64,000 nt of DNA from assembly GCF_963853765.1 (NCBI RefSeq), contig NC_088858.1:7006001-7070000 (forward strand), given 5' to 3'. Source of the stretch: Magallana gigas. Taxonomy: Eukaryota. The notes below the pieces were generated by a model. That model was given only the letters and a program-made list of their open reading frames with translations, was not told the origin of the DNA and ran no database searches. This document shows positions 60,985-64,000 of the stretch, in pieces. The first letter of the stretch is position 1; the number at the start of each line of letters is the position of its first letter. Both the position numbers and the translations under genes were made by a program.

Positions 60985-61615
60985 CTAATAATAGGATGAT
61001 GCTCCAGCATACCCTACTTGTGGATAGCTTGATGTATGGTATCCTGTAAAAAATGATTTCATAGTTCAGTGAACACGATCCTATTTTGCGAATTATAAAA
61101 AGAGAAAATATTGCATTACTTAAAGATCAAATTTGCTTACCTGAAACCATAGGTACAGCAATAGCGGAAGATTTTCCGTATCCGGTCATCTTTTTACCAT
61201 ATCCGCTCATCTTCTTTCCGTATCCGCCGTAGTGTTTCTTTCCATATCCGGATCCTCCCATGCGTCCACCGATCATACCGCCCATTCCTCCAAATCCACT
61301 AGCGCCCATAAATCCATCGACACCAGCGCCCATTCCTCCCATAAATCCACCAGCGCTCATTCCCCCGACGAATGGAGAAAAGCCTCCCATTCCGAATCCT
61401 CCCCTCCTTGGCCCGCCAAGGAAGAAACCAAAGGAGTCGTCATCGAAGAAATCATCGTCGTAGAAGTCATCATCGTAAAAGTCATCATCGAAGAATCCAT
61501 CATCAAAGATTCCATCATCCCCGCCAAAGCCGACGATAAATGGTCCCCTGCGCCACTGGGCGGAACAGCTGGCCAAAAGGACGGCAGCCAAGGTCAAGGT
61601 CAGGAAGGATTTCAT
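60985..61615 (-). CDS. Secreted block-copolymer protein 2, 177 aa, paralog of 55883 with a truncated terminal exon (could be a pseudogene): join(61615-61141, 61043-60985)
   Basis: Same signal peptide and blocks as 55883. The terminal exon reads GYHTSSYPQVGYAGASSYY* with TAG at 60985-60987 and a second TGA five codons later, in sequence homologous to the open tails of the paralogs. Confidence 0.75.
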
Positions 61616-61761
61616 GGTTTCTACAGGAATACAGAACGCATATCTCATGGTAAAACGAAATACAAAACGTAGGGTATATAGAACATTTTTCAATTCAAGT
61701 AAGTGTTTGTTACAAAATGTAAAGATTACATTCGCTCATATTTGTTACAAGATTCACGCTC

Positions 61762-62198
61762 CTGACCGGATACGGAAAATCTTCCGCAATGAGTGTACCA
61801 ATGATTTCAGGTAAGCATATTGTTCTTTAAGTAATGCAATATTTTAAAATCTTTCAAATAAGAAAATATTGAATTATATATATTTTATTTTTCAAGGATA
61901 CCAGACAGCAGGCTATCCGTCAGGAGGATATGCTGGAGCCTCCTCCTATTCCCAGGCAGGATATACCGGATCATATCCCCAAGCAGGATACAGCGGAGCA
62001 TCTGCCTATTCCCAGGCAGGATATACCGGATCATATCCCCAAGCAGGATACAGCGGAGCATCTGCCTATTCCCAGGGAGGATATGCCGGATCATACTCCT
62101 ATCCCCAGGGTGGATACAGCGGAGCATCTGCCTATTCCCAGGGAGGATATGCCGGAGCTACCCCTTACTTTTCTTCTTCACTTGGGGGTCAATACTAA
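61762..62198 (+). pseudogene. 5'-truncated inverted copy of the block-protein family (end of the coding exon, intron 61811-61897, intact Ser/Tyr/Gly repeat terminal exon)
   Basis: LTGYGKSSAMSVPMISG|GTAAGC matches MTGYGKSSAIAVPMVSG|GTAAGC. Acceptor TTTCAAG then GYQTAGYPSGGYAGASSY...SLGGQY*. No signal peptide or upstream coding exon found. Confidence 0.65.
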
Positions 62199-63650
62199 CT
62201 ATTTAGGTTAAGCGATGAATTGTATTAAAAACACATGTATTTACGAATATATAATTAGGCAGAGCACTTTCTGTAGATTATTGCATCAAAATTGATATAA
62301 TATCAGCTCCTTTTGTGTGTTTTTGTCATATATAATATATTTCATTAATTTTCAGTATTTTTTTTAAAGTATCGCAAAAGCAATAAGCTTGTGCGTAGAA
62401 TCTCTGTCCCGAGTACATACATTACTAAATCACATGTACTTATAAAAGACTGAAGCGTGCGCAGTCTGAAGTTCCGTGCAGCATATTTTATTTTACTATA
62501 TGCCAATGTTATAATCAACAGCATAAAAAGAAAACTATCGAGTAACCTTTAAATGTAGTATTTGAAAGGTTACTGCGATTTCTTTGCTGAAAATGTGATA
62601 ATTAACAATAAAAAGATTTAAGCTATTTATTTCCCGGTGTGTACATGTAAAGACACGTCCCACGAATGATCATGGTTTCAAACTTCCATGGTTTTGGAAA
62701 CTATAGTGACATATATATGAAGCGTATATCTTATTTCTATTGTATGCTATAAATATTTGTTTATGGAAAGAGTGGTCTAATCTTCTAATTATGTTCCGCT
62801 CTCAGATGAATATTCCTACGATAACAATATGTTTATATCATATTCATGTATATCAAAAAAGTTTAAATCGTATAGTACAATATCTGTTTATTTTTAAAGC
62901 AATGTCTACTCTTCCCACATGTATTAAGATGGATGTTCTATTAATGTTTATTGTATATACTTTATGTCTATGATTATCTTGTACTAATCATAAAATAAGA
63001 ATAAAGAAATAAATAAACAAACGTTTAAAAGACTATCCAGACTTATTTCATCAACTTAATCAATTGAATTCATACAAGAATAGAACAATGGCGACTGGCA
63101 ATCAGACAATGCAAGAAATTTGTAGAAAATGAATACTTTTGCAATACTGAGTATTTTGTATAATAAATAATGTTTTAAGTTCCAGACGCCAAACAATAAA
63201 CTGAACCTAGTTTAACTTAGCATTTTTATTGTGAAGCCGTCGACGAATTTCTAGGTCATTAACTTTGCAAACCCTTTAGATAGACACCCTCCTGTTGAAT
63301 GTTTCAATTCCTTATTTTCTAATTATCGCATATATTTTATGACAAACTATTGAACAACCACAGACGATAGAACACAAATCCGAATAAAAAACGTCAATAA
63401 AAAACACATTTGGCCAGGCTAAAATTTCAAGGAAAACCAACAAAAACTTTGTCTTTCTGTCATTGTCGGTCCATCCTATGTCTGAAAATAAAATAATTTA
63501 AAAGTACTGTTTAGAAAATTAGTCTCAAGATTTATCACAAACCTAAAATTCCTTCTTAGTTGTTTTGAACAGGCTAATAAATAAACCATCATACTTTTGA
63601 TTTAAAAAGCGACAAATTGATTCATAAGTTAGTTTTAAAGGATTTTGATC

Positions 63651-64000
63651 TTTTTATTAGCTCGCCTGAGCCGAAGGATATAGCGAGGGGAGATAATTTA
63701 GAATTATTAAAAAATTGCTTGTATTTTTCAAAATCTTCTTCTTAGAAATGATTTGGCCAGTCAAGCTTAGATTTGTGTGGAAGCACCCTCAGTTTATGTG
63801 GATTCAAGTTTGTTCAAATCATGGTCCCTGGGGGGGGGGGGGGGGGGGGGAGAATAGGAGGATGAGGTTTTACATAAGAATAATAGAGAAAATCTTCTTC
63901 TCAAAAACCATGCATTTGCAAGTTAAGTTCAAAGTGTGGAAGCATCCTGAGGTAAATAGATGTAGATTCAGGTTTGTTCAAAACAAGGTCCCCGGGGTTG
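63651..64000 (+). mobile_element. 5' part of another Helentron/166-bp-satellite element, running off the window end
   Basis: TTTTTATTAGCTCGCCTGAGCCGAAG followed by monomers matching 30600-31300 (ATTCAAGTTTGTTCAAATCATGGTCCC). Confidence 0.75.

Overview
AT-rich, intron-containing eukaryotic DNA, most likely an oyster (Crassostrea/Magallana). This is inferred from the ~166-172 bp satellite inside Helentron-like elements, frequent TACATGTA motifs and poly-C/G tracts; no database check was possible. Manual splicing gives: (1) two tandem minus-strand acylphosphatase genes, each with a 17-bp microexon and both missed by the ORF track; one copy has Asp in place of Gly in the VQGV phosphate loop. (2) From ~9.6 to 62.2 kb, a cluster of ten genes for small or medium secreted low-complexity proteins, a 5'-truncated inverted fragment of one of them, and a 16-Cys thaumatin-like protein gene. 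The proteins include Gly/Asp/Phe-rich, (DKYPV)x32, Pro/Phe-rich and Asp-Phe/Gly-Met/Lys-Tyr block types. Their sequences are mostly unalignable, but they share a gene plan: TATA box, ~25-35 nt non-coding exon 1, and an intron ending 0-6 nt before the ATG. Most also share protein ends: a predicted mature N-terminal Gln and a C-terminal Tyr, often with acidic-to-basic polarity. My best reading is a co-regulated extracellular structural locus (shell matrix, periostracum, hinge ligament or cement); the tissue and function are inference. Intergenic and intronic space holds many non-autonomous transposons: 9-bp-TSD mini-hairpins, a Kolobok-like element, Helentrons, a foldback element with 21-bp minisatellite arms, and an inverted pair of CAC-terminal, 5-bp-TSD elements. 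There is one assembly gap of 137 N.
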